A stretch of 64,000 bases of DNA from Fistulifera solaris. Taxonomy: Eukaryota. Location: positions 1,054,001 through 1,118,000 of the forward strand of contig AP026128.1 in NCBI GenBank assembly GCA_030295235.1, read 5' to 3'. Under the pieces are notes generated by a model. That model was not told where the DNA came from. It was given only the letters and a program-made list of their open reading frames with translations, and made no database searches. How positions within the stretch are numbered: position 1 is the first letter of the stretch; each line of letters starts with the position of its first letter. Positions 32,834 to 45,672 of the stretch are shown piece by piece. The position numbers were made by a program, and so were the translations under genes.

Positions 32834-35382
32834 ATGAGCTTCTCTGGTTTACCTAAAATGAATTTAGCTTTTCGAGTCATTCTATCATTGGTTCTTCTTT
32901 GCGGAGGATCGCATGCCCTACACTCCCCGTTTTCTTATCTACAAGGCGACAGTGACAGCAATGATGTGGGAAGTACTGCCAGCGATCTACGTGACAAGGA
33001 TGGGTCGCATCCCTATCCATTTGTACAGGAACAAACAACACACAACAGAGTCGGTCTTGTCGACTGGGCGTATCTTCTCGGGAAAAGCTTTGCACATAAA
33101 ATTTTAGCGGTTGTCTTGCACAGACCACCCGTCGGTGTGGTAGCTCTCGTTCTTGGTACGAGACTAATTTTCTCGGGTCGTTTGCTGCATCTACTGGAAG
33201 ATGGAGAGTCCAAAGAAGAAACGGGTACCATCAAGAAATACCAAGAAGCATCGACAGGCTTACAGGTGCAATTAGATCCGGAGGATACGGAATTTCTGCA
33301 ATTCGGCGGGGGTCGGGTCGAAGAAGACGCATGCTTTGCTTAGCAGCACTCGAAGAAGTGCTGGGAAAACATAATCAACCTGATCCCCTACTGCAAGCAA
33401 CAGTAGATGCTCTCCGCATCAGTCTCCGGCAACAGACTAATTCTCGGATTGACATGACGCAACAATTGATTCAGTCTTTGGCGACAATTGAATCGCTCAC
33501 AGGAAAAGGAGGCCTCCGGGCAGCAGTAAACAAATATGCTGCAGCACAGCAAGGTTTCGAGGGGGTCCAAGTTGACAATATTCTAATGATCGCCATTCTC
33601 TCTATCGAAGCGCTAGCTTTGGATATGTTGATGCGCGCAGCTCGGGACCGGTTACTCAAGGCTACTTACCGTCTTTATAGAACGAAGAACAAGTGGGATC
33701 GACGTGTCAAAGCCATTCAGAAAAATAGATGGACGGACTGGTGGTTCCAAAAGACCAACAAAGGCGGTATTGAATCAGCTATACAACAACTAACGTTCAC
33801 GAATGCTTCATTTCGAATAGAAGCAGATCGGTTGGGTAAATTGACGACTGCCATAGTTGAGAGGCAGTTAATTGATGTGGATGAGGAAATCATCGTAAAG
33901 GTTCTGAAAGCAAGCGAAAAGAAGTCGGATATAACCACTTATTCCTTTGATGCACGAAGAGGGGAGAAAATAGACGATAAAATTGGCACTCTAGCTAGAA
34001 AAAGCATAGGTGCCATTCAATCAGCGTTTCGGCGTCCACCGGCACCAGTTCACAAAAGCCAGGGTGGTATTGAAACTGATTCCGATATTGACGGCTTATC
34101 GGCCGCTGCCGCTCTCCAAGAAGTGTACGCGGACGGCATCTGGCTTCGGGAAGCCGAACGATGGGTGGAAACTTCGAGAGGGACATTGTTTGACAGTGTC
34201 GTTGGCGTTTTACAAACTAGCAGCTCGAAGTCGGAAACCACAGATGTGTCCCGTGAAACAGTTCTCACAGAACAAGCGTTTGTTTCGATTGCTGAGTCTT
34301 GGCGAAGACAAGAACTAAAGGGCGATATCAGTCGGCTAAAGGTCGAATGGGAAACTGTTTGCGAGTATGTCGACTCTCTGGCGAGCTTTCGGCGAATCGG
34401 TGCCCTTTCATCCTATCGGATCAAAGATATGTTGAAAGACTGGTGGTGGTACTCAAAGAAGTCGCTCGACTTTTTAGGGATTCCATCGTACTTGCTGTCT
34501 CTTGTGCTGGCGAACAACGTACACGTTCGTTTGAAACCTTATTGGCCCGAATTTCGGCGGCAAACTCTCCAGCTTGCTCATACCGTGTACGGAATAATCA
34601 TTATCCGCGTCTGGATACCTTTGAAAGGTATCATAGATGATGTGATGAATCGCAGCGAGGGAATGATGGCGGCATTTAGCCTGAAAGATGAAGAGATAAC
34701 GTTGGATCACATGCTACAAGATATTGGTTGCGGAGATGGGACTCCTGCTGCTAGGACTTCGGCTCTTCATGCTGCAACCGAGACGTACGAGCGCAGCTTT
34801 GAAGATGGGTCGATGCTATGGAACTTTGCATCAGGGAAGATGGTCCGTCTCTTACTTGTTCAGGTGCAACAGCTCAAAGTTGGAATGTTATCTGCGTTGG
34901 ATACAATTGACGTCCTCATCCAAGGGAACCGGATTCACTTTCAAATTCTGGCCGCAATCCCAGCTGTGTGGGCGTTCACGTACGGTACCAGGCTTTTTGT
35001 AAGGGGGCTGTACAATGTACGAGCAAAAGATTTGAGACCGGTCACTGCAGTTCATGCAGATATGGCGTTGATTATCGACAAGATGGAAATGCTTCTTTTA
35101 CGAGCAGCATCGGATGTCGATTCGACCTCGCTGACGGATGCAGAAATCGGTGAATTTACACTTCATATGTACCGATATCTGATCTTGCTCGACTACGGAA
35201 GGCCGACGTTTTCCCCATTAGTGTGCGATCAAATCCACCATATGCTTCAGCAGCTTCTTGTGTGGCTCATTCAGAAAAGATCAATGATAACTGACCAAGT
35301 GAAGAAGCCAAGTGTCGGATGGGAATTTAAGGCGTTACAATTTATTCAGACGAAACATCAGACTCTTTCTAAGAAATTATAG
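32834..35382 (+). CDS. NCA2/DGS1-like protein
   Basis: C-terminal RLLLVQVQQLKVGMLSALDTIDVLIQGNRIHFQILAAIPA and WIPLKGIIDDV match the NCA2 family from recall. Two ORFs join by a shift near 33310. Confidence 0.65.
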
Positions 35383-35408
35383 AAAAGGGATGAAACAAAC
35401 GATAGTAT

Positions 35409-36049
35409 TTAGAGGTCTGGATCGACGTTAATGCCTAAGGAAAATGATGCAGGTGCGAACTGGAAGAAATTAGAAGTTGGTGTACAGTTGGGGGTAGTAG
35501 TTGGTAGTCGATCAGGCGGACTGGATTCATCATCCAGAACAGCCCATGGGTTACTCGTCTGGACCACTTCTTCGGGTGACCACGCCGGTGGCGTCTCTGG
35601 TCGTGGAAAAGCACTCCCCAGCGAATTCATCGTTCGTGTCTCACCAATCCCTTCTAGTTTCTGGACTTTCGAGACAACTTCCTGTACAAGTTGTGAGGTT
35701 GTTTTCTCTGAATCTTTTACTGCAAATGTAGCGGGCTGTGCTGTCAGATCGAGTAACTTTTTGCTGATGTTGTTGGTTTGCCTTTGCTCCGTCGTGATTG
35801 CCTAGTACTTTTCTTATTTCGCTTCCATTCAACTGTCATTTCGCGCTCAACTAAAGAAGCTTGTAGTCTATCAAATTCCTTCTGCTCATCGTCGATCTTC
35901 TTTGCTTTGGGGTTATTAGCGGTTTTAACAGCTTGTAGAGTAAAACCCTTGCCAGCATTCCCTATTTTTCCGTTTGTGCTTTTCGATAGAACTTTTGTGG
36001 CCGATTTGGCTTGTTTTTTCTTCGCTGTTGTTGACTTCCGTTTGCCCAT
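35409..36049 (-). CDS. Hypothetical Lys-rich protein
   Basis: ORF 35744-36049 and downstream ORF 35409-35630 are probably one gene with a frameshift; basic N-terminus and NPWAVLDDE motif. Confidence 0.55.
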
Positions 36050-36426
36050 TCATTAATCATGAGAAAAAAAAGCGATAAACTTAACACGAAAGGGATTACT
36101 TGTAGCTTCGTTGTTGATTGGTCGATGTGATTGATTCGGCGTTCGTCGATTTTATTTACAAAAGAAAAAGTGGCGTTCTCTTTTTTTCGCTCATGCATGC
36201 ATGTTGTGGCTGTCAACTTTGCGGTCGGTCCTCCCTCCAGCTCCACTCGGTATTCACTGCGACGTTCTCGTACAAGCTAAGGTTAAGGTCGAACCTTTCA
36301 ATCAACTAGAGCTTGGCCTCTTGATTAACCCAGAGTATGCATTGATGAACCTTCTTAAATAATATCTTATTAATCTTCTCAAGGCTAGCAAAATAAAAAT
36401 AGATCTTACGACAAATACTGTTCCGT

Positions 36427-37317
36427 TTACTTATTTACGATTGCCTTGATGGTCTGCTTTAAAAATGCTTCATCTCCGGGCTCTAAACGAATCATTCTAT
36501 CTGTCAAGATTCCTGGTTCAACGCAAACGAACTCTTCGTGTGCACCATCGTGCATGTCCGGCATTGCTTTGGCCTTCTCCTTTCCTGGATTCCACACAAC
36601 ACAAGATATAGCGTTTGAACCTTCGGCCGTAATATCTAAATTCCGTTGCGGCGTCACCAGTTGAACTTGTGCACTAGTCTTTCCCTCGAAAGGATCGTAA
36701 ACACGGTCAGTCTCGCCGCTTATGACGACAGGTTCACCCTCAGGCTGTGCGTGACCGCTCTCTTGAGTCACTTTATCGACAATGGAATAACGGTCCAGCC
36801 CTGTAATGAAAGTTCGTGAATTGTCGTGGGTAGCCTTCTCGGGAACTGCAAAGTAGCTATGAAGTAGTGCTTCCATGTCGAACGCCGTCTTGCCCGTGTT
36901 TTGAACTGTCAAAGTGGTGAGGAGATAATCGGCACCAAGACTGACTTCGTATTTGAGCAACACATCAATTCCATTCTTTGCAACTTCCTCAATACTCCAA
37001 GGATTATGTTCCCCTCGCCCTGCCGTTACATCCGCGAGACGTAAAGTGTATGATGCAGTGGTTTCCGTGCTCTCAATTAGATCCCAATGGTTCACACGAG
37101 CGAATCCGTGCTGCGGCATAGTGGATGGAGCCGTGGAAGGACCAAAGACAGGAAAGACGAGTGGGATGCCTCCCCGAATAGCTTTACTTCCGTCCAGTAT
37201 TGCATCATTCGATAAAAATAAGTGCTCTCGGTCGGTTGCAAAAGAAATTACTGTGGCGCCGAAGGAGTGAATCTTGCAAGAGGATCCGGACGAATGTCGA
37301 AGCGTTGTGATTGTCAT
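36427..37317 (-). CDS. Glucose-6-phosphate 1-epimerase (aldose 1-epimerase family)
   Basis: GATVISF, KAIRGGIPLVFPVFG, QHGFAR, LHSYF, ETDRVY, VVWNPG..KAKAMPDM and FVCVEPG. Confidence 0.93.
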   Translation of the reverse strand: MTITTLRHSSGSSCKIHSFGATVISFATDREHLFLSNDAILDGSKAIRGGIPLVFPVFGPSTAPSTMPQHGFARVNHWDLIESTETTASYTLRLADVTAGRGEHNPWSIEEVAKNGIDVLLKYEVSLGADYLLTTLTVQNTGKTAFDMEALLHSYFAVPEKATHDNSRTFITGLDRYSIVDKVTQESGHAQPEGEPVVISGETDRVYDPFEGKTSAQVQLVTPQRNLDITAEGSNAISCVVWNPGKEKAKAMPDMHDGAHEEFVCVEPGILTDRMIRLEPGDEAFLKQTIKAIVNK

Positions 37318-37995
37318 GTTTGTAGTAACCGATTAAAGGATGCCGAATTTACTCTTGATTAGTCGAAATAATTTTAAAACAGATGAAAACAAAGGGCAAG
37401 CGCTGCTAGAGATTGTTCCATTGCAACAACAAAGAATACAGTATTAATTCATGATTGAAATGCAGTCGTGGCAAATACGGAAAACATTTTGATCGATAGT
37501 AAAACACGACAGACAACGTTTCGCAGGCTTTTCGACGTAATATAATATGATAACGTAATGCAAACGCTGCTAGAGACTTTTCATTGCAACAACGATAAAT
37601 GGCGCTTAATAAAAACAACAAGCTAACGAATTCTAGGTAACATTGCCGCTCAAACGACTATTGATTCGTGACTGAAGTGCAGTCTTGGATGAGCGAGGTT
37701 ACACTTTGGACTATAGAGTAGACACATTTGTCTCTAAAATTGGGGCAGACGGAAACTCTGTGATGCATTGTTTATGCTCCCAGACCGCGCTCTTCTTTTC
37801 CTTACAATGCTAAAACAGACGGAAATACTGTAAGTATGAACCATCACGTTACAATAGTAATCATTCGACCTCGACCTCGACATTCGACAACGTTCCGCAA
37901 GATGATTAATCGTTGCAACATAATCATCGGGGAAACCATTTCTTTGCCAAAAGCTCTGCATTGAAGCAATTGGACAGTCGGCGGCATTTCAAAAC

Positions 37996-39337
37996 ATGAC
38001 GGAACACAACGAACAAGACGGTACCATGAGCGGATTGGAAGAAGCAATCGGGCTCATTTTCGCAAATAATTTTGATGCCGAAAGTAAAGTCTGTCTCATC
38101 ACGCTCATGAAAATTATTGATAACATCCTTCAGAAACCGAGTGATCCCAAAGTAAGAACGATCCGTTTGCAGAATGCCGCGTTTGCGAGCAAAGTGGGTT
38201 CGCGAAAAGGAGGCATTGAGTTTCTATTAGCGTGTGGTTTCGAACGGTCGATAGCGCCGGCACCTCTTCTGAACACTGGATCGGGCGACGAACAGCTTGT
38301 GCTCAAAGATGACCACCAATCGCGCTTACTAGCTGCTCGGCGGATACTTACCATGCGGGCTGTACAAGAATTAGGAATGAAAGCAGAAGAGTTGCCCGAA
38401 TATCGAGAACCGCCGGTTGTCAATCTTACCGGCGGCGCTCCTTCTGCGGCAGAATTCAATCCATACGTCGGTCACCGCTTCGACGCTCAATCATTGGCTG
38501 TGGGTGTTGACTTAGGACCCGATCCAAACTATATATCGAAAACAGATTCAGAGCTACAGAAGCTACTGGAAAAACAAGCCAAGTTGGAGGCTCAACGACA
38601 AAAGATCGATCCTGAATGGCGTGCGTTTCGACCGGACGAGTCCGTAAATGTTTCAGCTTTGGCTTCGTCACCTGCAGAAACAGGTTCGTCGTCGAACGTT
38701 TCAGGACCGTCGGATTCATCTCTTTTAGCAGAACGAATGAAGAAGCAACAACAAGAAAGATTGCAGCGAGAACAAGGAGGTTTCACTACAAAAGCGATGC
38801 GAGACTTGGAGAAATTGAAAAAGAGAAAGTTTATAGTCATGTCACATTGACGGTGAAATTTCCTGATGGATACAAACTAGTGGGAAAGTTCGTTCCTTCC
38901 GACAAAATAAAACTGGTTCTGGGATCTATACAGCAGCACTGTTTGACGATTCAAAATGATTTTGATTTATACATTACACCGCCTCGTCGTCTCCTTTTGT
39001 CGACCCGGACGTTGAAGCAAGAGGATCTTGTTCCAGCTGCAAAAGTGTTTGTTAGCTGGAAACAGAGTCCTCCACAAGCTCCTTATATCGAAGAAAGTCT
39101 TTTTGAGGTATTACAACCTATTTCTTTCCCGGAATCGAAACCGATCGTAGATGAATCGAAAGGCAAAAGTGCTGGATCGTCGAGTGATCAAGGTGCGGCG
39201 AAAGCAACTAAAAGCGCTGCCGATCGAGAGAGCGCTTTGCTGAGTAAAATGATGGGGGTGCTAAATCTATGCTCGGAAGTGGCACGAAGAAGGACCCTTC
39301 GTCAACGAGCAAGAAACCAAAATGGTTCAAATCATAG
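37996..39337 (+). CDS. PUB- and UBX-domain Cdc48/p97 cofactor
   Basis: PUB domain (TLMKIIDNILQKP.DPKVRTIRLQNAAF...EFLLACGF) and UBX-like domain (VKFPDG..L.GKF...LYITPP...DLVPAAKV). Homopolymer shifts near 38820 and 39255; the corrected C-terminus is KKPKWFKS. Confidence 0.82.
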
Positions 39338-39647
39338 ATAACCATTGAAACTTTTACTCCTAAAGCGACTTGAGTGCGTCGACCGCTTGTACTTCTCGGT
39401 CGTTTAGCAATCAGCAACGGAAAGGGAACCTCTTTGCGACACTCGATGTTAGCGTTACATGTACTTTTTACAAAATTGTACATAGACGTTAAATAGTCCA
39501 ATAGCGGTATGTGTTGCAAGTGATGCTTATAGTAATCGCATGTAGACTACAACAGCTACCTATCTCTAGTCTCTAGCAAGCCGCGAAAGAAAGATTGGAA
39601 CTTGGAAACGTATAATTCATGACTGAAATGCAGTCGTGGTAATTGAG

Positions 39648-39681
39648 AAGTGCGAAAAAAAAAAAAAAAAAAAAAGTGCGA
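39648..39681. repeat. A21 tract flanked by an 8-bp direct repeat (AAGTGCGA)
   Basis: AAGTGCGA at 39648-39655 and 39674-39681 around the poly(A). Confidence 0.7.
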
Positions 39682-39975
39682 CTACACATTGGCCAATAGT
39701 CTCGTCTCGTTTTGTACCCATTAAGACAAAATCACGGATCGCTCAATTTTTCGACGTCTCTCTGTGACGAAGTCGGTTTATTGGTTGTCATTGTGAAACG
39801 ATCTTTCCCACCAGCCCCATTTCATTCAAATCAATAGATGCTTTAATGCAATCAAATAGCAACCACCGCATAAAAGACATTTCAAAACTTTGTTTCAATT
39901 CAAAAGAACATTCTTCGGCTTGACAGATTGTTTTGTAACGAAAAGTGCTCTACGCGTTCTCGAACGGGACCGACA

Positions 39976-42900
39976 ATGACAACACAGAACTCGAGTGACG
40001 ACGAATCAGCGGAAATGGATAGAGTCCGTACACGGCTCCGACAGCAGCAATCGCTACGCAATGAAGATGATATTTCTTTTGCAGACTCTTCAAACGTCTC
40101 TGTAACGTCACAAGCGTCCATGGCGTCGGACTCACGCAAAGTATCTTCAAATGCACCTATTACGTCAAAACGGAGTCCGTCGCTAGCAGATCAGCAAACC
40201 TCGTCAATGTTACAACCCCTTACATTCGAAAAGCCACAATGGCAAGGGCACTCAGCACTAACGAATATCGATGACGGCAAGGTTTCGATCCCCGAAGAGT
40301 TGTCTACATACGAACATCAAAAACAATTATCCTCATGCATTCTCGCCGATCCCGCACCGTGCGATTCGAGTGATTTCGGTGACCACTTATCATTTCTTGA
40401 AGACAGCGAAGCTTTGGATGAGCTTGACCGACATATCGAAGCTTCCCTTGAAGCTAAAAGTGCTATGAACCCGGTCCCGCAAGAAGTGACTGGTGCAGCA
40501 GATTGTCGGTTGAGAGAATGTCCATTGCAAACGACTACGGGAGAAATACAGCTATTGTTATCGAAATATGATAGCAGCTTGCTGGATGATGAAGAAGTGC
40601 CTCGTGGGCTTGATCGGGAGGATGGAAATACAAGAAAACCTTCAAGCACATCCCTCTTCAAGCATCCCGGCGTCGAACAACATCAAAAACCTCCACCCGA
40701 GTCATTCCATTCAAGTGACACTGATCCGGATGACCGCGAAGTGAAGGGTAGCCTGCTGGAGACCAGTCGTTTCTCCGTTTACAACGAAACCGTTCGAGCT
40801 CGCTATGATGTCAGTGATAGCAGTGAACCAGAGACCGATATCGAGAGGAGCCAACGATTGGCCACGAAGCGTAGGCGAACACATCAGAAGAAGGTCGTTT
40901 CGAACAATGGAACTAACAAGAAGAAGCGCAACGAATTACCTCGATCGAGGCCGAAACAGCTGCGCCAAGCCGAGAGGGGCGTGCGCTTCAATCAAATCTT
41001 CACTCCGGTCCAAACATTGACTCTCCAAGTCGTGGTCCTCTTGCCGGTACCGCTGAAGAGGCAGACGCAAGTAGTGAAGACAGTTTCGGATTCTTTAACG
41101 AGGATGAAATAAACAGGATTGAAGAGCGGGTCAGGTCCGAGCAGAGGAAGCGTTCATCGCTAGTAAATGGGGATACGGTCCACGTACCTTCTTCTTCAAT
41201 AATGGAGACAAAGCAGATCGAAGCAAACTTTTCTGATCAAATTGTCGATCAAGGATCACAGAGTAAGGCTTTTGACATCGCCATCACGCAACCACAGGAA
41301 GATATTATTGACAGAACTGTTCATCGCGACGAAAGCAACTTCGACCACGCGTTTGGTTTTCAAGAGGTATCCCACATCCCAGAATATTTCAAATCACAAA
41401 CGTCACAAACGAGTGACAATGTCGGAACTTCTGAAAATACGATTTTGTGCTCATTGGACATGCAACAATATCACGATCAATCCAGCTTTGATAGCATTGA
41501 GACAGATGAGCGCATGTCGGAAATCGACCCGAAATTGTATGCCCCCACCCCGCCAAAGAAGAAGCATCCTCCGATTGTACACCGATTTTCGTTAGCGAAC
41601 CGACCCCTTGCGTCACGACGACGAGTTCCAGTTGAACAAGTATTTCCTCAGCCTGTCGGTTTATTGTGGCGAACAAAGTTTTCAGCTTTTAACCAAATGC
41701 AGTCTGAGCTTGCGAATGTCGTCGCGTATAGTGATGACAATATCGTTGTTTCAGCTCCTACAGGAGCTGGTAAGACAGCTCTATTCGAAATGGCAATGGC
41801 CCGGTTCTTTACTCTTAACCTCCAGAGACAGATTCGTAAACTTGATGAGCGGCAGCACGTCGACAAATCACAGAAAATTGTATACGTTTCGCCAAGCAAG
41901 GCACTCTGCGACGAACGGTACGAGGACTGGACAACCAGATTAGGGAGCATGAACTTGGGAATTCAAGTAGCCTTAATAACTGGCGACGGTGATCCAAGCG
42001 CTTCGTATAAGGATCTTGCAAATGCAAATGTCGTCCTAACGACACCCGAAAAATGGGATAGTCTTACACGTCGATGGACAGAAAACTTCTTTTGTTCGCT
42101 TCGGTAAAACTCTTTCTTGTTGATGAAGTGCATCTTGTTGCGGATGATTCTCGTGGGTGGTGTCTTGAATCAATTATTTGTCGAATGAAAACCATTCAAA
42201 ATGCCGCGCAACGAATAAGCGTGACACAAATTGAATTGCAGCACAGCAGGTGAGTTACATTCCGTCCTCGTCGATTGAGTACCATTGCTGATCTTATTGC
42301 CTTTGCAGTTACAACAACACTACGCCTGAAGCTATAAACGCAGCCATGAGAACGGTGGCTGTTTCCGCCACTCTCCCCAATCTTGAAGATATTGCGAGTT
42401 TCGTCGAAGCCAATGAAGCCTACTCATTTGACGATTCTTACCGGCCTGTCCCGCTGACTGTACATGTTATAGGCCAAGGATATGTCGGTGATAGTAGCGC
42501 AAACCAGTTTCGCTTTTGGTCGGGATTAGATCGCAATATCCCAGACTTAATTCATCGGTTCTCGCAGAAAAAGCCATCGTTGATATTTTGTCACAGTAAA
42601 GCTGACACCGAAAAATTGACTGAGTTGTTGGCCGTCGACCGATGCATTGGCTGTCGAAGCGATATGAATTCGCACTTGGCGGGTCAGACGAAAGACACAA
42701 GACTGCAAAAAGCACTATTCTATGGTCTGGCATATCACCATGCTGGTCTGGAGGCCGAAGATCGTCACCTTGTTGAAAGATGTTTTGCAGAAGGAAAAAT
42801 CAGAGTACTCTGTGCGACTTCAACGCTAGCCATGGGAGTAAATCTTCCTGCTCATTTGGTTATCATCAAAGGAACCAAGGCGTGGCGAGGAGGAGGAAGA

Positions 42901-45578
42901 GGATACAGCGACTTGGACCAGGCAACGCTTCTTCAAATGATCGGGCGGGCTGGACGTCCTGGATTCGATTCGACCGGAACAGCCATCATTATGACTGATA
43001 ATAGGTCTAAAGGTACATTTGAAAGGCTGGCTTCCCAGGGTCTTGACCCTGCTGTCAGTAAGCTGTGCACGAAATTGGACGAAATAGTGAATGCAGAAGT
43101 GTCGCAACATGTGATTTTTAGCACAGAAAGCGCATTTAATTGGATCACGACAACTTTATTCTGTGCTCAATTGCTTCGTCAGCCAACGCTCTTTGTACAA
43201 GCAAAAACTCAGCTGAAAACAGCGACGAGTACTTGTGGAGAATTTGTAATGACTCTCTCCAACGTCTCGAAGCTATTGGTGCGCTATCCTCTGCAGGCGG
43301 AAAGCAAGTGTTTGCCCTGCCAGCAAGTCACGTGATGAGTCACAATCTTGTCGATTATCGAGCTATGGAGCAATTTGTCGATATTCCAAAGGATGCAAGC
43401 CAATGTGCCGTACTTTTATCGCTCTCACAGATAGATGGTATGCATCGGCCTGTCAGACGATCAGAGAAGAAAACACTTAAGCTGATGCACGGGCAATTGA
43501 AATACAAGCTGGAAGGACCACTTAGCAAGGTAACGATCCAGCAGCCTTTTGAGAAAGTTTTTGTTCTTCTCCAGGCCTCGATGATGAGACTCGCGATAGA
43601 GGATCACACCTTACGGCAAGAAATGAATATGATTGTTGAATTCTGTTCACGGATGTTGACTGCTCTTGAGGAATTCAGCGTTCGAAGTTCTCGAAACGGC
43701 ATTGTTGCTCTCCAGAGTATTCGTTTGCGTAGAGCTTTGTCGACGAACGGTTGGGTGCCTCATGAGGGAGTGTTACATCAGCTTGTTGGTGTCGATTCCG
43801 CCACTGCAATAAATTTAAGGATGGCGGGTATTTGCAGCTTCGACGACGTCCTGAAACGCTCGAGTGAACAAATAGAAAAAGCCGCTGGTCGGGCATCTCA
43901 TTTCGGAAACAGACTAAAGATCACTGTTCAGGAAGTGGTGAGAGGCATGTTAACCATGCATGTTTACTTCGAGGATACTACACCCACTACACCCGGCGCT
44001 GCGTTGAAAACAGTTGTTTGTGTGATTGGTCGACTAGAGAAAACGCCAGAAAATCAAAGCGAGGTGAAATCATCTTCAAAAGAACTATCTTACACTCTCA
44101 TAGCGTACTGCGATCGCTCTGGAAAATGCATTCTTTATCGACGCAACGTGTCCTCTCCGACGACTTGTCGAGCGACGACCTCAGTAGATTCTCAAAAGGT
44201 CATCTTTCATCTCCTAGCGCCGGCAGCAGGACTTGACGGTAAGTTTAGAAATTGCAATATATATCCAACATGGTAACCTGATGCTTACATTTCTTGCAAA
44301 GTCGTAAAGGAGCTCGAGTCGTTTGACGGAAACGAAAACCAACATAGCATTGATGGTGCAGTTTTACAACGATCCTCCCAAAACAGAAAAACAACAACAC
44401 TCAACGCAAGTGATCCCAATACACGTGATCCAGCTAAAGCATCGTCGTACCGAAGTGAAGTCCATCGGCCGGTCAACGAGAAATGTACAGCCCGGCAGCA
44501 AACGTTGGCCTTCGTCACGCCAAGTCCGAAGCTCCTCAGCGATACCACTGCGAGTAAAATGGCCTTGAGTCATCATGAAGGCTTACAAGTAAAGCGGCCC
44601 GCACGACAGTTGGTCTCGGGCACGGTAGAAGCGAGTTCAGTTTCACCATTCCTTACACACCAATCCAGCTCTGGCAACAATTCCGTCCGGAATGCGCTTT
44701 CCGTAGTCCGCGATGACTTGCATTCGAGGTTCTGGGACAATAGTGCATCAAACGATGATGCCTTCGATGATACTGCAGCCCCGAGAGCCTACAATGTTCG
44801 CCCCGGCAGTAAAAACCTCACTCTTCAGGGAAAAAAGAGAACCCCCACTCAAGACGGATTTCGCAATGCATGGAAAAGAGAAAAGTTGCAGCAACATAAA
44901 ACACAACAGCGTGCGTTCGTGAGAAAGAAAGATAATCCGTTTTCGGATTTCAAATGTGACCCTAATAACGCAGAGAACGCGCTCGACAGCTTATCGTCCG
45001 TCAAGCCTCCAGCAATCAATCAAGTAATCCCAGCAGAAGGTTTCAGAGCTCTTGAAAGTGCCTATTTGGGAAACAGTTCTCCGTACCAGGGGTCACAGTT
45101 GACAATTCACAATCGGCCAGGACTGACGCACCCGAATCTCTCGAGAAGGGGAACGATTCTTCGAGATTTGCCAACAAACGGACCTGAAATGAGACAAATA
45201 ACCCGATTGGGGCCGAACACCGGAGATTCTACCTCCTATCCGTCTGCTGCGATCAACGGTCAAATGGAGGCATACTATGGACTTCACCAGCCGCAAGAGA
45301 ATGTAAGCCAAATGGACCATAGCTGGTACGGGCACGTCGAGGGACCTTTTCACTTCGGTTTTCACCCGGGCAATTCTTACCCAGTACATGTCAGTTACCT
45401 CCAAAGTCCAACAATGCTCCACGGTAATTACCGCACCTTTGAAGAGTATCGTGAAGATCCGAGTGGTGCAGCCCAACATTGGTCCGCGGAAAACAGCTAC
45501 TCCTTTCCCCAAAATTCACGAAGAGGAAACACTTTCAATGCTTATGAGGCATTTCAGTATAACCATGGCTGGGGTTGA
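39976..45578 (+). CDS. MER3: Meiotic DExH helicase MER3/HFM1 with Sec63 domain
   Basis: FNQMQS, SAPTGAGKTALFE, TTPEKWDSLTRRW, DEVH, SATLPN, YRPVPL, AYHHAGL, TSTLAMGVNLPAHLVIIKGT, QMIGRAGRPGFD and a Sec63-like region. Introns 42250-42308 and ~44239-44301, plus several frameshifts. Confidence 0.85.
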
Positions 45579-45672
45579 GCAAATAGTGAACTAGCAAATA
45601 AGTAGTAACTTCGTGTGGCGTATCAGAAGATTTTAGTCATCTCGTAGGTGCCATCGTCATCCACCAGGTGCT

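Noticed and set aside
4829..45578. Functional cluster of chromosome-segregation genes (kinesin, CENP-L-like, MER3)
   Set aside because: The genes are far apart and interleaved with unrelated housekeeping genes; chance co-location is likely.
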